A stretch of DNA of 58,572 nucleotides, filler included, from Squatina squatina (taxonomy: Eukaryota): the NCBI GenBank assembly GCA_031763465.1. It is 4 parts of 4 records of this genome, joined end to end, with 100 filler letters (N's around TTAATTAATTAA, not from the genome) between each part and the next. Parts side by side here need not be neighbours in the genome. Positions count along the whole stretch, not along the records: positions 12,458 to 27,508 come from JARFOE010000016.1; 3 more parts are not named here. One strand, 5' to 3'. The position numbers were made by a program, and so were the translations under genes. Of this stretch, positions 12,458 through 24,672 are shown piece by piece (position 1 is the stretch's first letter; each line of letters starts with the position of its first letter). A model generated the notes under the pieces. It was not told where the DNA came from. It did not search any database and saw only the letters and a list, made by a program, of their open reading frames with translations.

Positions 12458-13671
12458 ACTGAGGTGAAGCCACAAACAGAATACTTCACTCCCACGCTGT
12501 TATGGCTGTGCACATAAAATCCACAAGTACCGTTAAGAACCAAGGATGGAACAAATGTCTGCTATTGAGAAGAAATTAGCTCCTGATGAGAAATGTTAGA
12601 GGGCATGGACACCAGGAAATGTAGGCCAAAATCAAGATTTCAGAGGACCCATCCAGTGAGGAAGTGCCTGGCCAATTCTGAGGACATGTATACAATGGCA
12701 GAGCACAGATCATTAACTTATCATACAGGGAATTGCAAGTCTGTCTCATCATTTCACGGTAACATCCCCCTCCACTTTAGGAATTTCTTCCCCCATTCCC
12801 CTAAAATCCCAGGCTACTCTAGGATGCCATCCATAGTGAGGTCCTCTGTATGCGAGCAGATTTTTCAGAGCACCTGCTCACCTTCAAAAGATCACAGAAA
12901 AATAAGATTCCAGAAACTGAATAGTTAACACACCCCATATATAATGACTTCTCGCAATCCCCAAAAAGGATTCGCTTTACACTCCATGAAGGGCAATTGC
13001 TGCTCAAGTAACTGCAGGAACCTACCTAATGTGTGCATTTTTAGAGGTTTCCTCAGTGACTAGTGGAGTAGCTCCAGTTCCCCAAGGGGTGGCAATGCCT
13101 CCACAGCTTCAGAAACCTATAGAGTCCAAACAGTGATGACTGATGGCATCTCGGAATTCCATCCAACACATGGAGAATGAAGAAACTTGAACAGTGCAGT
13201 AACGTTACCTCAGTTATCTGCTCTTTGAATGCAGTAAGCAACTTTTAATTGCATTTACACAAGACTACATAAAAAAATCCTTTGCCTTGTAAATGATTCA
13301 AATGTGTAACTGCCCCAGTAATCAGAAGCCTTATTTAAATTTTGCCATGCTAAAACAAGCATCACCTTAATCAGACTACAAAGAATATTCATTCTTCTTA
13401 TCTGACTCCACTTTTCCCTTTTACTCTTTATATGCAGGACAATGCTAGAGCAGACAAACAGACAAAGCAGGGAAAAAAGATTGCAGATTAAATATCGACG
13501 ACGTATACCAGGTGGCACCAATGTTTTAAAGCTATGGAAACTGAATGACCAAACCCATGGAGAGCATAAATATTATCTACAGGAACATCGGTTAAACAAG
13601 GAGGTTCACAGTCTGCTAAATCATGTCCATGCATAATCTCTCAAATATATTCAACTATCAAGATTGTTTAC

Positions 13672-13779
13672 CTTCAGATTGTCTGTTGCGTGAACATTTT
13701 CCCTGAATGGAACTAAGTGAGGGACTTTTTTTAGGCATTTCCTTCTTGGCAATGTGCAACTCTTTCAAATCTTTTGCAT
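13672..13779 (-). CDS. ATRIP: Probable ATRIP internal exon ((D)AKDLKELHIAKKEMPKKSPSLSSIQGKCSRNRQSEG)
   Basis: 108-nt phase 1-1 open exon with CTTACAG acceptor and GTAAAC donor, downstream of the ATRIP start exon on the same strand. It fits the poorly conserved exon before ATRIP GSILINLLL, but sequence similarity is weak. Confidence 0.5.
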
Positions 13780-16187
13780 CTGTAAGTGCAAGAGTTAAAA
13801 CTGGAACATTAATTAACAGTTCTATAACATCGCCTATCACCACCCCTGCCTCAGCCCATGTGTCACCAGAACCCTCATTCATGCCCTTTGTCACCTCTAG
13901 ACTAAACTATTCCAATGTTCTACTGGCTGGCCATCCTACACCCTCCATAAGCTTCAAATTACCCAAAACACTGCTGCCGTATCCTAACCCGCACCCAAGT
14001 CCTACTCACGCCATCATCCCAGTGTTTGTAGACCTACAATTGCTTCCAGTGCCCCTAGGCTTTAACAAATTCTCATCCTAATGTTCAAATCCTTTATGGG
14101 CTCAACCCTCTAATAATCTCTGCCTCGACTATTTCATGCCCCAACAACTCAAATATCCTCTGCGACTTTTGTTGNNNNNNNNNNNNNNNNNNNNNNNNNN
14201 NNNNNNNNNNNNNNNNNNNNNNNNNNNNNNNNNNNNNNNNNNNNNNNNNNNNNNNNNNNNNNNNNNNNNNNNNNTCCTTCAAAGGGGATACATTGATACT
14301 TGTCTCTTTGTCACTTGGAAATATAAATGTCGTCAATTGTTGTTAACTGGATCTTCCTGGTTCACTTTTCAAAAAGGCATTTCTGAATCAAACTGGATAC
14401 GATGAACATTAGTTTCTGATTCTACAACACAAACCTGATACTGTCTGTCAGTTGGGTCTTCCAGGTTGCAAACTCTAATTTTAACTGACATCATTCATAA
14501 ATTGCATATTTTGTTAATGAAAGATGTGAGACACCAGTTGCATTGAAGATGTAAGTAATTAGTACTGGTTTGGGCGATAGTCCAATACTTTTTTTCTCTG
14601 CTACTCAAACAGTTAAAGAAGTATATTTGTTGCTTATTTGCAATCTGCTGTGTTTCGTACAATATTTTTATGATGGGACTTCATCTTTGCTTGTAGTTAC
14701 AATTTCAAATAAATTGTATTGTGCTTAAAACACAAGCAGATTTAAACCAAAATATCTGGGTCAGAGCAAGTGTATATTTTATTCACTGAAAACAGTTGCC
14801 ACTATTTTCTCTGATATCGAACATTAATCACTGAAAAAATATCCCTCTCTAAATTGTTGCTGCTTTTTGTTTGTGGTTATGCATGACACACACATTTCTG
14901 AGAGAACTAATTATACCAGAGTACCTGTCAGCAAATACAGTTGCGTGCATCAAAAATGAATTTATGCCTGAACAGACATTGCCTTTAAAGCTGCACGACC
15001 TCAATTGGCTCTAGAAAATATGAGTGAGTCAGACTTGGTTTCAAAGACCTAAAATGCAATTGCATTTTATTTATAACTTAACTGATCCCAGTCATGACCA
15101 AATGAACCCTTGGACTCTCAAGTGTTTTATAGCCCTTGTGCTGCATTGGGGAATAATGCATTTTCATAAGATCAGAGACTGTTATAGCCCAGAAACAGAC
15201 CATCATGTCTCTGCTGGTGCTTTCCCCACAAGCTACTTAGTTTAATCCAGCTCTACTGCCGGCTTCCAATAGTCCACAACATTTTTTTTCACGTTATCAA
15301 ATTCCCTTTAACAGGCATTCGTAGACTTTTCTTCAGCAATGGTTTCTAGCAGAGAATTCCACATTCTCACCACACACTCAGTGTAAAGAACTATTTTCTA
15401 ACCTCCGCTTGAATTCTTCTTGTGATCATCTCAAATTTGCACCATCGTGTTGCACCGTCCAGTGGGTAAAAAACCTTTGACTATTTGACCATAATTATTA
15501 AAATCTTAGTGTTTTGCCAAAGAATGGATTCATGTACTTGATGTGTAACAGATGTGTCTGATCAAGCCATGCCATTGTGAGGAATCAGGTGGAGGGCAGG
15601 CACCTCTCCACACTAAGAAATACATTTGGAAAGACAGTCACCCTGCCCCTTCCATTGTGGCTGGCAACAGTAGTGCACGAACAGAGGCCTGAGAGCTCAC
15701 TCTTTCAGCTGAGATGGTGCTGGGAAAATTGTGTAGAAGAAAATGGGCAAATTTAACATTTCCTTGTGTAGTTTTTTTTCCTGAAGTTAAATGAAGCTCG
15801 GGTCTCAGAGGGTCAACGCAGTCTATGATGTCATGAGCTGTAAAGTCAAATGTTCCAAGTTCAGGCACGGATTTCAGTAAGAGGTGTGTTCAAATTAGCC
15901 TCAGCACCTGTGAGTTAACGAGGCAAAAATCAGACAGAGAATATGTGTGGAATGCTGGATGGCGACGAGATCAATTTCAGCTATGATCCACCCCTCCACC
16001 AATCAAATGTCCATTCTAAACTGTAAAAGCTCAGGTGTAAATAATGCCCAGTTAGAACTGGTGCCCAAGTAACTGTAACCTAGAAAGCAAGAGAGGAAAA
16101 AACCGAGGAAAATATGCTTTACAAACTTGAACCAATGATCAGCTTTAATCATATTACAAATGCTGGAATTAAAATTATTTACATTAC

Positions 16188-16632
16188 CATGAAGTCCCTT
16201 TACTGTGTTTTCATTTTTTACTTGTCCGGTGGTCAAAGCAGCAACTTTTGCATTTGCATCATTTTTCAGTACTGGTGATTCTCTGTTGTTCTTCATATTG
16301 CTCACTGATGCTTTCATAGCATTGTTCACAGGCTTCACATCCTGAGTGAAAACCTGCGAGGCTAGAATATCCAGTTCCTCCAAATCATCAGCAGTGAAGT
16401 CTTCATTGTCCCCAAAAGGATCTTCATTTGCTCTTGTGTCTTTTGCTTGTTCTCCTTTGTGACGTTTGTTTGGTGGAAATCCTTCAGAGTCATGGCTTAC
16501 ATTCTTCTTTCCTCGGTTTGATAACCCTGAAAAGGTTGAAACTGGAATTTCTGGTGGTAACTTTTCCACACTATAAATAATGGAGCTGTTTCGTTTCTTT
16601 GCCGAGTTCACAAAGAGAGAGTTTGAGGACAT
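16188..16632 (-). CDS. ATRIP: ATRIP first coding exon (MSSNSLF...PPNKRHK...EDPFGDNEDFTADDLEELDILASQ...)
   Basis: Diagnostic motif DPFG..DFTADDLEELD.LASQ. An acceptor at 16650-16651 lies upstream of the ATG, and a GTAAT donor follows 16188. Confidence 0.88.
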
Positions 16633-16964
16633 TGTTCCAACATTTAATCCTGCAAGACAAAACAGCCAATAGGTATCAAAACATTTATGAACAGTACTCA
16701 TCCTCCAATTACCACCTTTCTTGTTTGTCAAAAGAAGGCATCCTCATCCCACTCCACAACAGAAAGCAGGCATATCCAGAGAAGACTGTCCTAATGCACA
16801 AAATAGAACACATTCCTGACAAATATTACATACAGAAAAGGAATCAGCAATATTTGTACAACNNNNNNNNNNNNNNNNNNNNNNNNNNNNNNNNNNNNNN
16901 NNNNNNNNNNNNNNNNNNNNNNNNNNNNNNNNNNNNNNNNNNNNNNNNNNNNNNNNNNNNNNTG

Positions 16965-17109
16965 ATGAGTCCTGGAGTACAGTTGATCAAAATGAAAACT
17001 GAAATCACAACTGCCGTGGGCTTTATTACCAGATTGTTGAGGACGACGGGGCTTATTTCTGACGAGCAGCTCCAACATTTCAGCGAGTCGTTGGAGAAAT
17101 CTTTAGCAG
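16965..17109 (+). CDS. BTG1/BTG2-like antiproliferative protein, exon 1 (MSPGVQLIKMKTEITTAVGFITRLLRTTGLISDEQLQHFSESLEKSLA)
   Basis: BTG N-terminal helix pattern EI..AV.FI..LLRT.GL.S..QL..FS.SL. GTGAG donor in phase 1, as in BTG1/2. The start codon could be 16965 or 16992. Confidence 0.9.
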
Positions 17110-17426
17110 GTGAGAGCGCACCGAGGGAAGGTTTTTGTAGTAAAATGCGAAGCCTTCGAATTATTTCTGGGCTCTGTGACACAGATCAACGGTAAGAAAA
17201 ATCATTTGCTCACCCCGAAAAGTACAGAGAATGGAAAATTGTGGCTATCAGGAAAATATTCGAAATGGGTTGTGATTTTTTTGGGGGTCTCTCTATGTAT
17301 CCATGGAGGATAAGTAAAAGAACAAAGCGCAGTTCGCATTCACAAAACAGCTCCGCTGAAAGAGAGCCAAGCAAAGCGAATTTTGCAGGTCATTTGAATA
17401 TAACGTTTGTTGTCTTTGTTTGACAG

Positions 17427-17696
17427 AACACTACAGACACCATTGGTTCCCCCACATGCCTTGCAAAGGATCAGGATACCGATGCATTAGGATCAACCAC
17501 AAAATGGATCCTCTGATAGCACGGGCGTCCAACATCATCGGACTCAGCAGTCAGCAACTTTTTCAACTTTTGCCAAGTGAATTGACTCTGTGGGTCGACC
17601 CGTTCGAGGTGTCCTACCGAATAGGTGAAGATGGGTCCATTTGCGTTCTTTATGAAAATGTACCTAGCAGCGGCATCTCCCCCTTGGATAGTATGA
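17427..17696 (+). CDS. BTG1/BTG2-like protein, exon 2 (Box A, B and C), 3' end lost in gap
   Basis: [26 protein letters not shown] (Box A), [20 protein letters not shown] (Box B) and DGSICVLYE (Box C, typical of BTG1/2). TTTGACAG acceptor after a 317-nt intron. Confidence 0.93.
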
Positions 17697-17829
17697 NNNN
17701 NNNNNNNNNNNNNNNNNNNNNNNNNNNNNNNNNNNNNNNNNNNNNNNNNNNNNNNNNNNNNNNNNNNNNNNNNNNNNNNNNNNNNNNNNNNNNNNNNNNN
17801 NNNNNNNNNNNNNNNNNNNNNNNNNNNNN

Positions 17830-18305
17830 TGAAATGTTGATCCCTAGTTAACTTTTAGTAGTGCGACTGCCAAAACCTTTGTTTGATGTGGCCAGTGGCT
17901 ATATGCAAAACTGTTTTTGCACCACATTAAATTCCTGGATTGTATATTGTAAAAACATGTACAGTCAGTGGATAATTGTGTTTTACAGATTTATATTTTA
18001 AAAAATAAGCCATGGCTGTTTGTAATAAAACATCAAAATGAATCCCATATGATGTGTTCAGGATGTCTTTTAATGACTATGAACTGATTTTGTAAAACAT
18101 CCACACAGTCTTTGAATTGGTACTTAAAAACATTGCATTTTTTTTTACTGGTCACCATAAATGTGATCTCTGAATTTAGAGAAAATATATGTTGACCACT
18201 TAACGATTGTACGGTACAGTTTACTGAGTTTGACGTTCCTTTTATTTCTCATTTAGGTATGTTACAGGAACGGTACTGTACATTCTTTCCTAAATAATAA
18301 AGTAC
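17830..18305 (+). promoter_or_regulatory. Probable AU-rich 3' UTR of the BTG gene with poly(A) signals
   Basis: AT-rich with several ATTTA. AATAAA at 18024-18029 and 18296-18301. Confidence 0.45.
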
Positions 18306-18491
18306 TTTGTTCCACCTAATGTCCCATTTTTAAAAAAGCGTTTTTTTTTAAAACATAGGGTAGTGCAACCACAAAAATGTCAATTCCTACANNNNNNNNN
18401 NNNNNNNNNNNNNNNNNNNNNNNNNNNNNNNNNNNNNNNNNNNNNNNNNNNNNNNNNNNNNNNNNNNNNNNNNNNNNNNNNNNNNNNNNNN

Positions 18492-18616
18492 TATGCTCTC
18501 TGCAAGTTGGCTGCCACGTTTCCCACATTGACTACACTCCAAAAGTACTTCATTGATTGTAAAGCGCTTTGAGGTGTCTGGTGGTTGTGGAAGGCTCTAT
18601 ATAAATGCAAGTCTGT
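18492..18616 (+). mobile_element. 3' end of a DeuSINE/SacSINE1-like SINE
   Basis: CAAAAGTACTTCATTGATTGTAAAGCGCTTTG...CTATATAAATGCAAGTCT. Reverse copies lie at about 28880-28911 and 51100-51155. Confidence 0.6.
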
Positions 18617-19214
18617 CTGTCTGCCTGTCTTATCAGCTCTACCCACTAATTTGGTATCATAATTTGTAGACCAGGTAAAGAAAGGCTATTTGGGAATGAA
18701 CCTGAACAGTCATTCTGCCCAAAGAGACAGCTATAATAAAGCCGCAAAGCAAATTGGAGCACCAAAATGCAGCTGTTGTGCGTTCCAGCACAACTACAAC
18801 TTGACCTAATTCCCAAAATAGGACATGAACAAATCCAATAACGCAAATCACACCCCGTGGAAAATTTGTATCCCATCAAATGTTCTTGGTGGAGATTTTA
18901 ATTAATTTTCTTCATTAAGAGTAATGTGTGGAAATGTAGTCCGAGTCAAGCTGTTGTCTCGTAGAAAGCTGTTAAAAAAAAGTGTCATCACACATATGTG
19001 ATGATCAAGTATTACTGCACTGTGTTAATGAGCACACTTGTGTAACCTTTAGACCTATAGAGTTATTCAAAATAAACATCTTAATTTATTGTTAGTCTCA
19101 AACTGGTAATTTTGNNNNNNNNNNNNNNNNNNNNNNNNNNNNNNNNNNNNNNNNNNNNNNNNNNNNNNNNNNNNNNNNNNNNNNNNNNNNNNNNNNNNNN
19201 NNNNNNNNNNNNNN

Positions 19215-19276
19215 TGGTCGACTTTAGTAAACATGTGATGAAGCTTTTATTGGGTGATAACTTTGTACAACCTGGG
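19215..19276 (+). CDS. IPPK: IPPK exon, 5' part in gap (VDFSKHVMKLLLGDNFVQPG)
   Basis: Matches IPPK VDF.K.VMK..LG.N.V..G and ends at a GTAAG donor. Confidence 0.8.
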
Positions 19277-20908
19277 GTAAGAAAATTTCAATTTGTTGAT
19301 TGTATGATTGTGAGCATTAACTGAGATTGTACTTTGTCATAATCCCAGTCACCTGAATAAACACGAGTCGTATCTACAGCAATTTTTTGCAGCGGGGTGA
19401 AATAAATAAATATTAATTGCTGATTAAATAATGAACATTTCATACATGGCCATTAAAAGATGAAAAATTTCAACTGCCCAGGGAATGGAACAGCTTTTTT
19501 TTCCAATAGAGAACTTGACTGTTTAAGGTCAAGAGCAGCTAACAAAGTGGATTTTGCACAGAAATCAGCTGTAAACCCAGTAGAGTGGTGAAATTTCCCC
19601 TCCCACTTTAATAAAAAAAAATTCTGTTTATAAAAGTTAGTCTGTACTCCGCTTCCTGAGTCCAACTTACTCCTGAGGGTTTCCTGGGTTTCACTGATCT
19701 TTTTGCTGACTTCGCTGTGCATCTATTCATATTTGATTTTGTCCTTGAGCTATGGTTTCTTATCCATCATATTTTATTTTTCTTCTGACTTCACTTGATA
19801 TTTTGACAATCAGAATTGGTAATCTGGGTTCAAACCCCATACCAACTGGTGTCTTCCAATACCTCTCCTTTGCAATGCTGCCNNNNNNNNNNNNNNNNNN
19901 NNNNNNNNNNNNNNNNNNNNNNNNNNNNNNNNNNNNNNNNNNNNNNNNNNNNNNNNNNNNNNNNNNNNNNNNNNNNNNNNNNGGGAACAGGCAGGAAAGT
20001 GGAGTTGAGGCCAGAATCAGATCAGCCTTGATCTCACTAAATGGTAGAGTAGGCTCGAGGGGCCGAATAGTCTACTCCTCCTATTTCTTATGTTCTTAGC
20101 TTTGTACTTTTTTTTTGTTAACTATACAACTGCATACAGACCTGCTGCCAGGCCCTACAGCTCACCTGAGATAATTGTTTTATTCATCGTACCGGTTGTC
20201 CCCATTGTATTGTTTACGGCTACTCCCTGCCAGCAAAAATCTGCTTGTGTTGCGCCATTACAGTAGTGAAGTTTCCAGTGACTGGTCTGTAAAACGGGCT
20301 TTTGTCTTCAGTTTCAATCTGTTTCTTTTCAAGTTATAGTGCTCCACAGCTGGATGAACAAACTTTTCAACTTTAGCACCGCCTAAGTGGATTGTTGGTT
20401 GTGTGAGAAATGTTGGAGGATCTTTTGTGCTTTGGGATTAGCTGTTTTTTCCATTGCTTAATTTAAAAAAAAATCCTCAAGAATTGTCTTTTTAAACTTT
20501 GTTCCTGAGATTATTTGTGAGATATAAATTTCAATAAAAATTTGACATTTCACCTTTTTTACTTAAGCAGAAGAAAATATGGCTTTTAATCACTTATATC
20601 CAAGATGTGTGGCTTATCTTAATTCTTGAGAAATTAACTTGAAAATGAGTGGGTAAGGGAAGAAAGATGCACAAAGTCAAGCAAATGGAATTTGAATGCA
20701 GAATCACCCATGGAAGGGTTTTAAATAGAAAATTGTTGTCATCTGGTGGCTGGTGTTAGGATTGCAACAGTAACTGCAAAATATATTTAGGGAATATATC
20801 GATATTCATTTACTAACTTTTTGAATTTGACCGTATCTATCTTGAGAAATCTAATTACTTATTTAACTTTGCAATCAGAAATATATCTTATAAAATTTTA
20901 CTTTACAG

Positions 20909-21030
20909 GATCACGTTGCAATAAAGTGATGGATGCCTTCAGTGGGTACACATTATGCCTTCCAGATATAACCAAATTCCAAACCTGCCATCAAATTGAA
21001 AAACGACCACCCCTCTGTATAGAAATCAAG
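20909..21030 (+). CDS. IPPK: IPPK exon (SRCNKVMDAFSGYTLCLPDITKFQTCHQIEKRPPLCIEIK)
   Basis: 122 nt with AG/GT ends. It ends in EIK of the EIKPK motif. Confidence 0.92.
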
Positions 21031-21838
21031 GTAATTGCAATGAACACCTGAAGGATAATTTTCACTCTGCTATAAATAGATAATGCTGGTTACAATGTTA
21101 AAGGATCTTTAATTGTTTTGTAATTGGTTGTTCCCTCCATTCCTGCTAAGAAATCACATTCTCAGGAATCTCTCATCTCTAAACCTCTAATTTCTGTGAT
21201 TGATTTTTTTTCTTTGCGTGTTGTATATTTCAATGAAAATTGGTGGGTTTTTTCAAGCACAGGAAAGTATGGCTCCAAGTGATTTATATCTGAGGTATGC
21301 TCAGGATGTTTAGCACAAATAAATGTCAATTGTAATGCAATGGTAACTCTTTTAAATTAAGCTTGTCCATAAAGCCTTTATTTTCAACACTACCTCTAAG
21401 TTCCCCGTTTGCAATGTGCAGTCTCTCATAATTAGTTGAATCTTAACTGGCCTCTACAAAGTGTCCTACACAGCCATGCAATTGTATCAAACAGCATTGT
21501 GGGAGCACTTTCACCACGTGGTCCGCAGTGATTTCAAGACCCAGCACCATCACCTCGGGGTGGGCAATAAATGCCGGCCTTGCCAGTGACTTTCACATCC
21601 TGAGAATTAATTTTTTTTTAAATTAGCATTTCTTATAATTAATAAAGGTTTGGGAAAATCCATTGCAATATTAATGTAAATAACTGACAGTTGTCTTTTG
21701 TGGTGCGCTTCAACCTAACTACTAAAGATAGTAGGAAATAACTTTGCCAGTTAAAAAAAAAAAGTAGCATTTTCCTTATTTGGTTTTCCGACTGACTTTT
21801 TTTCCAATGGAATCATCGAGCATTCTTTTTATCTACAG

Positions 21839-21928
21839 CCTAAGTGTGGATTTATCCCTTTCTCGAGTCACATTACCAAGGACATTAAACGGCGTGTATG
21901 TCGCTATTGCATGCACCAACATCTGAAG
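21839..21928 (+). CDS. IPPK: IPPK exon (PKCGFIPFSSHITKDIKRRVCRYCMHQHLK)
   Basis: Not in the ORF track. 90 nt with AG/GT ends. It completes EIKPKCG and carries CRYCMHQ. Confidence 0.93.
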
Positions 21929-22653
21929 GTACTTATTTTTATCAACTATAAATTTTCATTTGTTTCTTTAAAAAAAAATCTGCGTATACAAAATTATACA
22001 AGTGCCGTGTGTGTGTGCGTGTGCTTGTCATTTGAAAATGACCATATGTAGNNNNNNNNNNNNNNNNNNNNNNNNNNNNNNNNNNNNNNNNNNNNNNNNN
22101 NNNNNNNNNNNNNNNNNNNNNNNNNNNNNNNNNNNNNNNNNNNNNNNNNNNATTCCTTTCCTGGCTTCTTGTGCATCACTTTCCCCCCTACCATTAGCAG
22201 TTGTGCCTCCACCGCCTAGGCTCCACACTCGGGAATCCACACCCTAAATCCCTCTGTGCCACCACTTCGAATGGCTTTATAACAAAATAGAGCTTCAAAT
22301 TTTAAGATGGGATATTTTCAGTTATTTGATGAATTGTGGGAAGAAAGCTTTTGGCCACCTTTGTGCTGTTAGCTCATGTTGAAAGCCCTATAATTAATTT
22401 CATCTTTCAGTTCCAAGCTACAGCCATAAAATGGAGGATATACATTACATATTTTCATACAAAAACTTAATTAACCTCTGGTTAAAATGATAGGGATGAG
22501 AGTGTATACAATGAAGAATGTAACTTCTGATACAAGACTATTAAATTCCAGCTGCAGCTTAAAAATAGAGGTATTTCTTTTGAAAATTTATCTTGGTTAA
22601 CTTAGTATTTTTGTATTACTGCAGTTTGAAAAAGAAAATTCTCTTGCTTCCAG

Positions 22654-22804
22654 GTATTCACGTAGTGGAGAATTCTGGCTTGCCTAAAGGCTGTGTTCTT
22701 TCTCGGATCCTTCAAGTGCAGATGCTTGATATGATGGACATTGATGGAATCTATCCTTTATATCTGAGAGTTCAACAACACTTACAGGAGTTTCCAAAAG
22801 ACAG
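22654..22804 (+). CDS. IPPK: IPPK exon (IHVVENSGLPKGCVLSRILQVQMLDMMDIDGIYPLYLRVQQHLQEFPKDR)
   Basis: SGLPKGC and LQVQMLD..DI.G.YPLY motifs. 151 nt with AG/GT ends. Confidence 0.92.
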
Positions 22805-23129
22805 GTTAACTGGAATTATTATGATGTAATTGTCGAAGTATGGAAAGAGGAATGGGGTTAGAAGTTTGATGGATATTTGTTAAAATGCAAAAAAAAATGT
22901 ATGCACAGTTCAATAGTACTTTGCATCATTAGGCGTTAGATGAGTTGACTAGAGATCTCATCTTTACAACCCCAGAAAATATTGGGTGGGGAAAGAAATA
23001 CTGTCTGGATGAAGTGTGAATTGGCAGTTAAATCCTTCATGGGCTTACTTTGATCCATACTTTAGGGAGAGCGAAACTTCTTCCCTTTACATTGGGGGAA
23101 AAAGGCTGATGGTGTAATTAATAGCTCTT

Positions 23130-24200
23130 TAATCCTCAATCTATGACTCCGGGTATATTGTTTTTGGAAAGTGCCAATTGACTCCAATTCAACTACCTTT
23201 TCCAGAAGCCGATTCCACATAAACACTATTCTATGATGGGGGTAGATTTCCAGATTTATTTCCTTGCTTGAAGCTTGTTAATTATGTATTTGTGTCCTCT
23301 AGTCCCACATTCATTGAGTTAAATAGTTTGTTTATTCCTACTTCATCTCTACATTTCATTATTTTAAGGATGTGTATTATGCCTCTCCTCTTTGGCCCAA
23401 ATAAGTTTAGTTACTTGAGGTTTTTTATCATAACTCTGTCCTGAGGCCTGACTAAATACTGTTTGCTCTTCTCTGAATCCATTTTAACTCATCTATCATT
23501 TTTGAGGTAGGGTGCAGACCTCATGTACTCCAGAATTTTCCTCACCATTGATGTCTGACATCGGTATAACTTGTTTTGATTTGTAGTCCGCTGCCTTCTA
23601 GATGCAGATGAGTACCTAATTTGTCTTGCTGGTAACTTGTCTCTCGCTGACCAGAAGCTTTTATTCCCTACCAATAGAGGACTTGAAATAGTACTCCTTC
23701 ATGTTGTATACATGTCTAGTTTTACCTGCTTCAATGTGCAATACTCCACATTTATCCACAATTAGATCCATCTGCTATATCTCAGCCCATCTATGTAATT
23801 GGTGCAAGTCTCTCTGAAGTTAGATTCCAGTCCACTCATTATCTGCCCAGTGTCTCTGAATTAGATTCCTTTCTGCTCATTATCTGCCTACATAACTTGT
23901 GTTGTCAGGATATTTAATGTTACTGTGAAGGCACCCTGTTCCCTATCATTTGCAAATAGTTTAAACGGCAACCCTCCCAGAACAAATCTTTATGGCAAAT
24001 CACTGGCGACTTTATCCCAGATGCAGCATTTTCCACTTATCCCCAGCCTCTGCCTTCTGTTGCCAAGCCAATTCTCTATCCATTGAGATGACTTATCAAC
24101 TCTTGTCATGAAATTTAGTAGTAGCAAGAGTCAGTTATATACTTAGTCATAACATTTGCCTGACTGGTAAAAAGCTGATAGCATTTAGTTTGAGGTAGCT
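23130..24200 (-). mobile_element. Old, degenerate CR1-type LINE fragment
   Basis: The minus strand shows eroded CR1 ORF2 C-terminal motifs (LEYMRSAPYLKND, similar to the CR1 LEYC..FW.P.LKKD motif). Confidence 0.5.
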
Positions 24201-24468
24201 CCATCTAGTATGCTCTATTGTGAACTTCAGTTCCCTGTGTGTCTTGCACTGACCACCTGAGGGTGCTCTAGGACTATAAACCTCAATAATTGTGACAATT
24301 CTTTTGAAGTTTTAGTAATAGGCATTCCAGCAAAGTAATATTGTTGCATCTTTACAGCTAATGCAATTNNNNNNNNNNNNNNNNNNNNNNNNNNNNNNNN
24401 NNNNNNNNNNNNNNNNNNNNNNNNNNNNNNNNNNNNNNNNNNNNNNNNNNNNNNNNNNNNNNNNNNNN

Positions 24469-24672
24469 CAGACGTCAAGGGCTTGCTTTGTATATTCGGT
24501 CTCCATTCTAGATTTGGATCCCAAACCATACGAGAACATTGCACACCAGTACAAACTAGATGGCAAGATAATAAACTATTACGTCCAGAGCACAAGGGCC
24601 AAAAAGGATGTTACCACTCCAAACTTCTACAAGGAAAATGAAGAATGCACACTGTTTTTTCATTCAGTGTGA
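24469..24672 (+). CDS. IPPK: IPPK last coding exon, 5' part in gap (..FVYSVSILDLDPKPYENIAHQYKLDGKIINYY...ECTLFFHSV*)
   Basis: DLD.KP motif, IPPK-type C-terminus, and TGA at 24670-24672. Confidence 0.93.
   Translation, partial: QTSRACFVYSVSILDLDPKPYENIAHQYKLDGKIINYYVQSTRAKKDVTTPNFYKENEECTLFFHSV

Noticed and set aside
16632-16965. Bidirectional ATRIP/BTG promoter
   Set aside because: The interval contains a 100-N gap, and the ATRIP side is intron upstream of an acceptor.
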